DNA from: Salisapilia sapeloensis CBS 127946
Taxonomy: Eukaryota; Protista; Oomycota
Assembly: GCA_023334545.1 (NCBI GenBank)
Contig: JAADVB010000115.1
Location: 1 to 55,392, forward strand
Length of the DNA: 55,392 nt
Reading direction: 5' to 3'
A program made the translations under genes and the position numbers. Positions 10,435-21,131 of the stretch are shown in pieces; position 1 is the stretch's first letter, and every line of letters begins with the position of its first letter. Under the pieces are notes generated by a model. The model ran no database searches. It was not told the origin of the DNA and saw only the letters and a program-made list of their open reading frames with translations.

Positions 10435-10700
10435 CTTAATGAAATCGAGTAAAATAGGTTATGTCCTTGATAGTCGATGGATTTTTTTTCTCTAGAGTAT
10501 ATCGGAGAGAGAGAGTAGGCTTTGAAACGTATGTGGAGTGCACCTAGACGCAAAAGGTTTAAATGACTTAATACAAACCAACGAAAAGTAGAATGTTCAT
10601 GTAATTAAGTCGGAGGGATGCTACGACCCATGAGTTGGGTACACAAAACTCATGTTCCATGGCTCGAGCTGTTCAGGATGGAGCATATCGGTGACTCAAC

Positions 10701-11038
10701 TTAAGCTGACGGCAGCAGCTGCTCCCGTTCTTCTACTGTTAACACTCGCTCGACATGCGCGACTTCCTCTTGTCGTAGCACTGCGCTTGAATACGTTCCC
10801 AATGGCGTTTCCAACTCTTTTACGCCCATGAGACTCTGCTTCCCGTTCACAATCATCGCATCAGCTCGTACGATCGTCCTATACAAGCCGTTCGTTCTAA
10901 TCAGCTTACGCTACTGTTCAGTTATGGTACTGGACTGTACCGAGACGTCGTGAGGATCGAGACGCGTCTGGAGTTGTCATTGGTGGCTAGTACCTGCCAT
11001 ACCTTTAGCATACGCTCTCGCGCCTCTACTTGATCCAT
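10701..11038 (-). CDS. GEMIN7: Gemin7-like Sm-fold protein (2 exons, 91 aa)
   Basis: Exon 10941-11038 plus exon 10701-10878 (62-nt intron) give MDQVEARERMLKVWQVLATNDNSRRVSILTTSRTIVRADAMIVNGKQSLMGVKELETPLGTYSSAVLR. This resembles Gemin7 RERFLR...VSQLQTPIGVQAEALLR (similarity from recall). Confidence 0.65.
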
Positions 11039-11099
11039 TTATGTGATTGGTAAGAGATGTCCAGGAGGAAAGAAAAGAGAAATGTCAGGTCGTATTATT

Positions 11100-13121
11100 C
11101 TAACCGAGCTTGGCAATGCCCAAATACTCTTCAATCGCGTCTAGATCGTTTCCTAAGTCTTTCGTACGCTTTGCTTTTAACTCATCTCCGCCAATTCCAT
11201 CAAATGGCATGACGTCCAGGCCATCAATCGTAGCTTGTCGCACCGCTTCCAAGTCATCAACAGAGATCAAATCCTTCTTCTGAGCTGCCAACGCAGCGCC
11301 AGCGTACGTTGAAAAGAACTCCACACCTTGTCTATATCCACAATAAGCATCAATATCATCTTTAGTCAAGGAAAATAAATAGAGTCGTACGCTTGGTACT
11401 TGGATTTCAGTCCGCCATCGCCAGTCTTATCCAAGTGCGGCGTCACGTCATGGATGAACGTCGCAAGCACTTGCTCGGGGAAGCTCTGTAGCAGTCGAGA
11501 GGCGAGCAACGCATCGCCTTGTCCCGAGTCGCCCACGAATACAAACTGGAACTCTGGGAACAAGAGGACGAACCGACGGAAGTTATCCAGTTTGATCTGA
11601 GCAATACGCTTGCTGCTCACAAGCCCAGTGACGCTTCCATGGAGCACGGTGGCGTTCAACACGCCAAGACTCTTTAGATGCTGAGCTGTCAGGTACTGAC
11701 CAACCCCAAGCCATCCTCTCGGTCTCGCCGTGATGAACGTAATGGATGGCGGAAGGTGGTTCTGTACGTCTTCATCGATGCCTCGGTCCTCCAGGTCCTC
11801 CAGTATGTTGGTCACGGAATCTCTCTGGACAGGTTCCTTGCTTCCAGGACCTTTAGACAAGCGATTGTAAAGCTCTGACACACCAGGGTACGGAATGTGG
11901 AGAGGGTATCGTCGATCCAACCACCCGGCAAACAACGTGTCATCGATATCACTCACGACTTTTACCAGATTCGGCATAGATTCCTTCACTTTCAAGCCTT
12001 CAACCGCTAGATGCTGCATGGTATGCACCACTTCCGTTGTGTCTTTATTCCCGTAGATCAAGTGGCTCAAGTCGCCCGAGTGTGGTGGAGCGTTCGGGTG
12101 GAAGAGCATCTGCGTTCCAGGATTCTTGAGAGCTGCTTTCGGAAGAGTGTAGTCATGATGCTCGTTATCTTCGTCTATATTTGCAGTGGCTTCTAGGATA
12201 TTTTCATCTGTCTCCACCGCTGCTTCAGGTTCATCAATGAACGGCTCGTCTTGTAGGTGAATATGTTCCTTCAAAAGTGTCAACTCGGCACCGTAGGTAC
12301 CTCGAAGTATGTTGCAGCCGGCAGAGTGCAGGACCTTTTTCTCCACGTGCAAAGGAGATCGGAGGCAGCGCTGGATGGCTTGGACCACCACTGCTCGGTT
12401 CAGTATGCTAATATGGAACATAAAGTTAAAAGGAGGTGGAGGTGTTTAATGACAAGAAGCAGTGTACTTGAGATCCTGTAGGCGTTCTCGTGTGAGGACA
12501 TCGAGGATACGACGTCTCATGGACGGAGACGATGTGAGCAGCATAAAGTCGGTCATGGTGGTGCAGTACTCGCTCACATCTTCTGGAGAAGTGGCTCCGA
12601 GGATCCCATTCAACGAATGGGCAGACACTTGACTCAAGACGCGGTGACATGCGTTCGGATCGTTTAAATAGCGGCGGCCACGACGTGGCTATGTATAATC
12701 AGTTAGAGGATAATATAAATATAAGCAAGACAATAAAGATAGTACCCAAATGTGGATCTCTTTCTCTTCCTGCTCGTCAGCACTGAAGACGACTGCCGTC
12801 GTTCGGTCTTGCATCGTACGATATCGCCATGCTGTGCGCTGTCAAAGAATAGAGAACACTTTAGCTATGCACTTTGAATTATAGGTACGAGTAGAGTTAC
12901 CTGCTTTAGATGCTTCCATTTGCGACGCAAACCTCCCGCGGCAAGCTTCCATGTCGATGTGTCTCGCGTCTATCATTCATGACGAAACGTTAGAGTCATT
13001 GACAGTCTCTCATATCCATCTACAGCCATACCAAAGCCGGTGACTTGTTTGCAGCCAGTAGTGGACGCTGTACGGCCATTGCATGTCTCGCAAGAAGCTC
13101 TGTACGTCGTAAGAGCTGCAT
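11100..13121 (-). CDS. App1/DUF2183-type HAD phosphatidate-phosphatase-like protein with N-terminal extension (6 exons)
   Basis: VVSDIDDTL (DxDxT), TFITARP, FVFVGDSGQGD, ATFIHDV motifs. Three small upstream exons join in phase 0 (MQLLRRTELL...SPAL/TRDTSTWK...HLKQ/RTAWRY...IHIW/PRRGRRYL). Confidence 0.8.
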
Positions 13122-13353
13122 CTCGGACGAGAAGACAGCGCCAAGAGAGATGTGTCCATATTTAGGGTCTGAAGGTTTTGATTGGCAGAAAACCCATTCC
13201 CAAATGGCTATTATTGAAATGACTTCAAGGATAACTAGCGTATTTTTAATATAAATTAAACCAACATGTAAAAGATCGATTTTCGTCGTTTTGTAGATAC
13301 GACGCTGGACGCGTAGTCGGTACTCTCGGTGCATTTAATACCTTTGCGACGTC

Positions 13354-13986
13354 ATGGAGTTTCGAATGAAAACCCTGTTTACTCTCCTCACCCTCGCCCT
13401 TGCCATTTTCTCGACATCGGCCGTCCAATTCGACGTTCGTCGCCGCACGGAAAAGTGTTTGAGTGACGAAGTCGTCCAGGGCAGCCTCGTCGTCGTCCAG
13501 TACAGCCTCGTTGGTGCGGCCAAGGGCAAGTCGGGTGTGTCGATCAACATCAAAGACCCGTACAATAAGTTCGTCAAGCAAGTGCAGAACATCGATACGT
13601 CTTCGGACGATGTCCACCAGTTCTCCTTCCACGCGAACTGGGCTGGCACGTACTCTGTTTGCTTTAATAACCAGAACGAAGCCATTGCGCGTGTCATGCT
13701 CGAGTTCAAGCACGGCGTGGAGGCCAAGGACTACACGGAAGTAGCCAAGCGAGAGCACTTGATGCCCGTCGAGCGGGAGCTGCGAAAGATGGAGGACGCC
13801 GTGGATGAGATCCACCGCGAGATGCTGTACATGCGTGAACGAGAGGCTGCGATGCGCAACACGAACGAAAGCACCAACTCGCGTGTGCTCTGGTTCAGCT
13901 TCTTCTCCATCATTGTGCTCCTCGGCATGGGTGCGTGGCAGGTCATGTACCTCAAACGCTTCTTCAAGAGCAAGAAGCTCATCTAA
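13354..13986 (+). CDS. TMED10: p24/emp24/gp25L family cargo receptor, delta class (TMP21/Erv25-like)
   Basis: Signal peptide, GOLD domain (KCLSDEV...YSVCF), coiled coil, TM RVLWFSFFSIIVLLGMGAWQVMYL, C-terminal FFKSKKLI dilysine motif. Confidence 0.93.
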   Translation: MEFRMKTLFTLLTLALAIFSTSAVQFDVRRRTEKCLSDEVVQGSLVVVQYSLVGAAKGKSGVSINIKDPYNKFVKQVQNIDTSSDDVHQFSFHANWAGTYSVCFNNQNEAIARVMLEFKHGVEAKDYTEVAKREHLMPVERELRKMEDAVDEIHREMLYMREREAAMRNTNESTNSRVLWFSFFSIIVLLGMGAWQVMYLKRFFKSKKLI

Positions 13987-14841
13987 GACGCGGGCGTTTG
14001 CATGGAAAACCAAGCTAGTAGTTTGCAGCAAAATGAGAGCTTGATTTGAAACATACTTGGGTCTGTTACGCAGTTGATGAAAGCGTTATAGCCTTTTGGT
14101 TGTGTTGAAGGTTCAGACGGATATTACCTGTCGGTGGGATGTTGACGCTTCCATGGGGTACAGCTATCTTTTCAACCTATTGGTGCTCGTAAGGATTTTG
14201 TTTGGTATATACACCTATCGATAGTCTAAGCAATGGAGTTGCTACTGAGCACGTTCAGCCATTAGTGCACTTGGAAGTATACTCTAGGAGGCATACTCTT
14301 TTGCGCGGACACCTTGCATTCATTGATACATTCGACAGATTACTTGAATACGTTGCATGATGGATGTGGTTTAAAGATATGCTAGCTCAGGTTAAATGCG
14401 TCGACTTGTCAGCGTTTCGAAAAAGAGGTGTTGATGCTACCACACTTCCTTTCTCAAGAACTATCGAACAAAACGCCTATGGGAGCATGGAAACTAGATA
14501 GAACAGATACAGAAAGTCATCAAGATGATGAACGTAAAAACAATTTAATACACAATCAAAACAATATAGCACATACTGCATAACTCCCAGCTAAATATGT
14601 TTTAAATTCGGAAAGGTAAAGTCTTCACAATCTATCTTTTGCCTTTGCCCATACAACTCCTCGTTGACTGGATTGATATCGGCCCGCCTATGATGTCCAT
14701 TCGCACCTAATTGAATTTAACCTTGGTTTTTGTATGTGACTGCCTGCGCACCAGTGGATTCCATCGGCCGCCTTCATGCTTTTGCCCATTTCGTTTTGGA
14801 TTCAGGTTACCGCCAGTCCAGAGCACATTACTAGTCGACTG

Positions 14842-14905
14842 GTATGTTCCCTTGTGTCTGATGCAGCCCATTCGAAGTGCCAGTATGCTAACTTGTTTTT
14901 TGCAG
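14842..14905 (+). other. Probable 5'-UTR intron of RPS20
   Basis: GTATGT donor (14842), TGCTAAC branch point (14886-14892), T-tract and TGCAG acceptor (14905), ending 16 nt before the ATG. Confidence 0.65.
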
Positions 14906-14921
14906 CCCCTCGATTCAAAAC

Positions 14922-15284
14922 ATGTCTTACGTCAACAAGCCCAAGCAGGTGGACGCCGAGGAGACTCGCATCCACCGTATCCGTATCACGCTTACGAGCC
15001 GTAACGTGAAGAACCTCGAGAAGGTCTGCGCGGACCTCAAGCGTGGTGCCGTCGACAAGAACCTCAAGGTTGCCGGCCCTGTCCGTCTCCCGACCAAGCA
15101 CCTCCGCTTGACGACCCGTAAGTCGCCGTGTGGTGAGGGTACCAACACGTGGGACCGCTTCGAGATGCGCATCCACAAGCGTCTGATCGACCTCCACGCT
15201 CCTTCGGACATTGTCAAGCAGATTACGTCCATCTCGATCGAGCCTGGTGTCGAAGTCGAAGTCACGATCGCTGACTCCAACTAA
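14922..15284 (+). CDS. RPS20: 40S ribosomal protein S20 (uS10)
   Basis: [23 protein letters not shown]...GPVRLPTK...[26 protein letters not shown]; strongly C/G-ending codons. Confidence 0.98.
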   Translation: MSYVNKPKQVDAEETRIHRIRITLTSRNVKNLEKVCADLKRGAVDKNLKVAGPVRLPTKHLRLTTRKSPCGEGTNTWDRFEMRIHKRLIDLHAPSDIVKQITSISIEPGVEVEVTIADSN

Positions 15285-15555
15285 GCTTCAGCTTGAGATC
15301 TCGAAGTCGTGATGGACAAGTTGCATAGCTTTGCTTAGCTTTAGAGCTACTGTAACTCAATACATCTCACGAACAATGGGGCTTCCCGACGTCAATACTC
15401 CTTCTCGTCTACTTCACACATCTTGCCTACATATACTTCATATCACCACTTGACACTGTAGACTGGGACTTTTATGCTCCATTATTCGATCGCACTTAGT
15501 CGAATCGCATACTCAACCCTATATAAAACGACAGAGGAGGCAAGTTCGTCCAAGC

Positions 15556-16658
15556 ATGACCACTCCAAACGCTGCAAAGGCTTCCTCGAGTTCTAACACC
15601 TCCCAGGCTTATGTCCAGGGACTGCTGTCGAGAAAGAAGGTCAGTGGCGAACCACAGACTGCTGCACACTATTTTAATCACGTCGCGGACGCCGTAAAGA
15701 GCAATCAGGAGCTGAATTCCTTTAGGTACTTTGTGCCTCGTACTTGCTGCTTATCATGTGCTTCCATCGTACTCACCTTCGTCTACTACTCATACGATAG
15801 AGAATATAATTTAAAACGGAGAGCACAGGTCTTATATGAAGGCTACGAGGCAGTGCTGAGCAAGAAGAAGCGTCAGACTACGACTTCTCGACAGACCTTT
15901 GCGCCGGCGTATCCCACTCCACAACGACCCGCCGTGGCCAAGTCACCCAAGCCCACTCCACCCGTCAGCATTGCTCCACAGAATGGATCTGCTAGTCAGC
16001 AACTTAAACGGTCGGACATTAAAGTCGGCAGCACGGTCGTCATCAAAGTAGTCTCTCCATTTCTACTTCTATTGTGCCGTGCTAAAAGGTATTTGTAGAA
16101 CTCTTCCGAGCTCATCTCGTACGGAAGTCGAAACCTCGTTGGCAAGACGGTATGTACACTTGATTATTTATGTAGTTTATTATCCATATTAACCGAATCT
16201 AGGGTCGAGTCGTGGCGTTGGCACCAGTCTACAACCAAGACCTGTACTCTATTTTCATCGACCAGCTCCAGGCGATCTACCAAGTGCCCTTCACAGCCAT
16301 CTCCCTCCTTCCCACAGCGACACCAGCATCTCTATCTGTGAGTGACCAGGCGAAGAAGGCTGCCATCCCCGGTGTCGTCCCCGGCGCCAAAGGCACGACG
16401 GCTGCCCAGTCCAACGGGAGCGAGCCTCGACCGATTGACCAGATAAAGAACGAGCACTCGTACCAGCTGCAGCGACTGATGCAGCAGCAGTACAGCGAGA
16501 TCCAGGTGCTCCAGCAGCAGTACGCGGACAATCGCATCAACAACCCGAGTGCGCTGGATGGCATCCAGAAGGAGCTGTCCAAGCTCCGGTTAGTCCATTT
16601 ATCCCAAGTGCAGACGCTCAAGAGTAAGCAGGCGTTGGATCTAACAGGCAGGCAATGA
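15556..16658 (+). CDS. Hypothetical protein with central KOW/SH3-like beta-barrel pattern and Q-rich C-terminal helices (4 exons)
   Basis: Exons chain in frame: ...NQELNSF/REYNLKRR...IKVGSTVVIK/NSSELISYGSRNLVGKT/GRVVALAPVYNQDLYSIFIDQLQAIYQVPF...*. Confidence 0.65.
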
Positions 16659-16727
16659 AGTTGCACGTATGGGTGGAGAAAGGTTGTATTGGTTGGTTAC
16701 GGTCTGAAAGGAAAAGAGAGAGGAAGC

Positions 16728-19085
16728 TTACTGCGTCGGGTACTGGTAGTACGCAGCGTACGTCTGGGATGGCGTCACTTGTGCATTCGTCTACGTCGTG
16801 ATAGGATCAGAGTGGTTCGTTTTTAGATAGTAGGAGGTAAGAAAGATCAAGAGTCGACACTTGATGTGCTTGCTTTGCCACTGGCGTTGCTGCTAGTGCA
16901 CCTCTCGTCCTCCACAACATTAGATCACGTGTGTCCGACGCAAATACAAACGAGCGACCTCCAGTCGAACAACAATTTAAAAGAAACGTACCTGATAATA
17001 CTGCGCATCCGGTGTCGTCTGTGGCTGGACGGATGTCAAAGGTGCTTCTACCCTCGCTCGCTTCATCGGCGGTTCCTGCACCCCATCTCCTGCCGGGTGA
17101 AACACCAGCACCTTCAAGTCCCGACTTCTCGGCATGTTGTTCTTCCGTCGCCACGTCACTTCCCTCACTTGCACTTGGTTCACCACTGCGACGTTGTCCG
17201 CAAACTCCTCTAGGAACTGCGCGTACTGGATCCAAACATCCGCCTTCTCCTCTCGTCCCAAGCCACTCGTATCGGACACTGCCTTCTCAAAGACATTCGA
17301 GACTCTCGTCACGAGATTCGTCGGACCCATGTTCTTTTCGAACTGGATCCAGTGCTCAAACAAGAGGAGAGATGAAGTCAGTCCTCCGTCCACTGCCTGC
17401 TGGAAACACGCTCTCGCCTCATCCGTTTTGCCTTCAAAGCGAAGGAGAAACTCTGCGGATTCGATCACGACATACGCCTTGGCGTCCTCCTGCTGCACGT
17501 TCTGTTCGCCCTTCGCTAGTACCTCCTTGGCTTTGCTCATATCCTGTCTCCGGCGGTAGTAGTGTGCTGCCTTGACGTAGGCTTCTGCCAGTGTCGGCGC
17601 GTTCGTGTTCATAACCGTATCGTACATCTCCTCTGCCTTTTCGAACTGTTCGTGGGCCTCGAGGAAGAAGGCATAGTCCAGCCAGAACCTCGCTCTGCCC
17701 TTAAGACACACATCCATCGCTTCGTGGAAGATATCGTTGGCAGCGTCAAACCCTCGGACACTTTCTTCCCACTTGGCAAACCGCAGCCAGAAAGGTTCGT
17801 AATTGGCACAAGGCACGAGGCAGCGACGGTACAAGGCTCGACAGCGATCCGCGTCACCTGTTACCTCTTCAAAGTCGAGGTAGCTGTGCCAGTTACGCAG
17901 ACTAGAGTCACTCACAGGCGTTACGTGGAAGTAGGTTCGGTCGATGTTGTTCTCAAAGCCTTGACGCTTGAGCACTTGATGCAGTGTTGCGTTCTTGAGA
18001 CTCTCCATCCCGTTGACGATCTTCACGCGTAGTAGACCTTCGTCCATGAGTTCATGCTCGTTCTCCCCAGCCAACTGCTTGAGCTCTTCTGTTGTCGCGA
18101 GAGTCGACAGTTGTTGTGCTAAGACAAAGGCATTGTACTTGTCCCAGAACTCTTCCAAGTTGCTCAGAGGATGCGCTAGAATGCGCTTGAAGACGTTGTT
18201 CAGTCGAACCATGTCGTTCTATATGCAGGTGTGAGCAAGGTAGCTAGAGTATGCATGGGATGGGTACTACGTTGATGGTCTCCAGTTGGATGTAGAGGTC
18301 CCAGAGAGGACCGGCGGCAGGGTCGTAGCTGCATGCTTCCAGGGCTTTCTCCAACGCACTAGAAAAAGGAGTTTAGTAGGTGGAATAGAGGTAGAGACTT
18401 AAGAGACGTACGCTCGGGACTCGTCGGCAGGTACGCCGAGAGTCGACATGAGGAATTCGCAGTATTTCAGCCACATGTCGACACTGTAGCGGACAGCCAC
18501 GCACCCTCGTTCGTAGACTTGCTTGGCACGTTCGCATGCTTCAGATGGGTCAACAAGAGGCTTTCCATCCGCGCCAGTCTGCTTCATAAGTCCGTACTCG
18601 TATTGGGCGTACTAGGTATCGTGCATTTTGTGAGATACTTCTATTTCCAAGATATACATATAGAAGTGTACCTTGTTCCAGTAGCCAAAACAGAGTGGAA
18701 ATTCAGATAGAAACTGATCAAATGTCGCTTCGACGGTCTCCATCGGGGTGGTCGTCTATCTCCATCAGGCAAAGTGTCCATGAGCATTTTACATTTAGAT
18801 ACAACACAGCATAACAGTGTCATGCCAATTGACATAACAAAATGAATACACTGCAAACATTTGAATTGCATAAGAGCATACCTCTGATTCTACGAGAGAC
18901 AAGAGTTGCGTCCACGAGGTGAAATCTAGCGGATTCGCCTGCACTGCAGCCTTATATTGCTCTATCTGCGCCTGCGTGGATGGACCATTGTCGACAGCAC
19001 CTTCGAACCCATTGATCTGCGTCACGTCCGTCGCAGAAATGTTCCCGACAACGTTGGCAGCGTAGTAGGCACTCGCGTCGTTCAT
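16728..19085 (-). CDS. PRPF39: Pre-mRNA-processing factor 39 (HAT repeats), multi-exon
   Basis: VQANPLDFTSWTQLL, FLSEFPLCFGYWNKYA, YERGCVAVRYSVDMWLKYC, FENNIDRTYFHVTPV, NWHSYLDFEE, RCLVPCANYEPFWLRFAKW are PRP39 hallmarks. Confidence 0.93.
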
Positions 19086-19255
19086 GGCGTCGATAAGATG
19101 GCTGTTGGTGTCCAAAGTCAATGGTCGGTATACAAAAAGCAAGTGATTTCAACATGTACCAATAGCTCGTTATGGGTTAAACAAGCAATCGTACAATCTG
19201 TATCATCTTGTGTTTTGTATGCTACGGAACAGCTAGTGGGGACACTTGCGACGAA

Positions 19256-21109
19256 ATGCTATTGAGGCGATGGCCGAAGCGATTGCCAAGGGCTACTAGC
19301 TCAGTTTTGCAATTGCAACGAACAAAAGTAGCTGCATTTACTCCGAGATCTGCTTCATTCAGTACCCAGGTAGATCCTATTGAAGAAGACACGATCTATG
19401 CACTGTCGTCGGCAGAAGGCAAGGCTGGTGTAGCCGTCATCCGTGTCTCTGGACCTCAGGCCAATAACTGCTTATTGGAGCTAACGAACAAAACGAAGAG
19501 CAAAGACTCGTTGCCAAAAGCAAGATTGTAAGCATAATGAAGCACTTTATATCTACTAGAAACTAATCGAAAGACTATCGTCTCTAGAGCATCGCTTCGA
19601 AAGCTATACCACCCAACGACAAAGCAGCATCTAGACGATGCACTAGCTATCCGATTTCCTCAACCTAATAGGTATATACATGCGTCACTCATGTCATGTT
19701 TAGCATCTTACAGGTTTCTATACAGTTTTACTGGCGAAGACGTTGTCGAATTGCATGTACATGGTAGCGTTGCAGTCGTCTCTGGTGTACTAGACGCGAT
19801 CAGCCACATGCCGGTATGCACTACTGGTCTTCAATTATAAAAAGAGCGATATTGAACTGCTTGTATAAATGTAGAATTGCCGTCTCGCAGATGCTGGTGA
19901 GTTCACCGAGCGCGCTTTTGACAACCACAAGATGGACCTCGTTCAAGTGGAGGCACTTGCAGATCTGCTTAGTGCAGAGACAGAGATGCAGCGGGGTCAA
20001 GCTCTTCGACAGCTTTCGGGGGAAGTTGGTGATCTTTTTGAAGCCTGGCGTCTGGAGCTTATCCGGTGTTTGGCGCACACAGAGGCACTTATCGATTTTG
20101 GGGATGATGAAGATGATGTGACTGACGCAGCCTATGATGCTGCTATTCAAAGGTGCAGTTAATCGCTTGAGTTCTATCGCGCGTGTATCTAACTTTTTAG
20201 TAGAGTAAGAGCTTTGGCAGACTCCATTCGGTCTCATCTGGAAGACGGACGTAAGGGCGAAATCCTACGCTCTGGTGTCCAAGTTGCGATCGTCGGGCCT
20301 CCAAATGCTGGTAAGAGCAGTCTTTTGAACGCTCTGGCGAGACGACCTGCAGCTATCGTGTCGTCCATCGCTGGTACAACCAGAGACATTGTTCAAGTGC
20401 CTCTGAATATTGGAGGCTACCCTGTTATCGTCAGTGACACGGCTGGACTTCGAGAAGCGCAGGATGATATTGAGAAAGAAGGTGTGCTAAGGGCACAAAA
20501 GGCAGCTAATGAATCGGATATTCAGGTCATTATGATGGACATTCAGGTATGTTTTCATAACGGTGTGCATATTTAACGGAATCTCATGTCGCGCGTAGAA
20601 CGTCGCGGAGCTAAAAGGTTCAGATTACAAACCATATCTGGATAGCGGGGCGATTGTCGTGCTGAATAAGAGTGATCAATTGGACGAAATCTCTGTTAGT
20701 GCCGCACTCGATTCCCTCCAGCTCAGAGACACAACTACTGTCCATGTTACGTCTTGTAGCAACGGACATGGCATCGATTCCTTTGTATCTGCCTTGGCCA
20801 CGTCTGTTCAAAACAAGTACGACTTCCAAAGTACCTAGAGTTTTTAATGTGTTTAACGTATATTGTAGATTGCAAGGATCTGGTGACAGCGCAGTTCAGC
20901 AAGCTGCAATAGTGACTCGAGCTAGGCATCGAGAGAACCTGAGTCAATGCTTGCAGCATTTGGAGCAGTTTCTATCTGATCCAAATCAAAGTGAAGTTGC
21001 GGCGGAAGACTTGCGTCGTGCTGTCCAGAGCATCGGCCGCATCTTGGGACGGGTGGATGTAGAAGACGTTCTGGATGTACTCTTTTCAGACTTTTGCATC
21101 GGCAAATAG
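19256..21109 (+). CDS. GTPBP3: Mitochondrial tRNA-modification GTPase MnmE/GTPBP3/Mss1, multi-exon
   Basis: R/S/T-rich presequence, DTIYALSS...[60 protein letters not shown]-terminal FSDFCIGK. Confidence 0.96.
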
Positions 21110-21131
21110 AATATATTCGTTTTTCTACCTA

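Noticed and set aside
10504-10516. (GA)n microsatellite upstream of copine
   Set aside because: Only about six units; ordinary simple repeat.
13246-14031. 261-aa minus-strand ORF
   Set aside because: Antisense shadow of TMED10.
14802-15280. Minus-strand ORFs over RPS20
   Set aside because: Shadow frames of a highly biased ribosomal-protein gene.
16931-17575. 214-aa + strand ORF and nested ORFs
   Set aside because: Antisense to the large PRP39 exon; S/P-rich with no motif.
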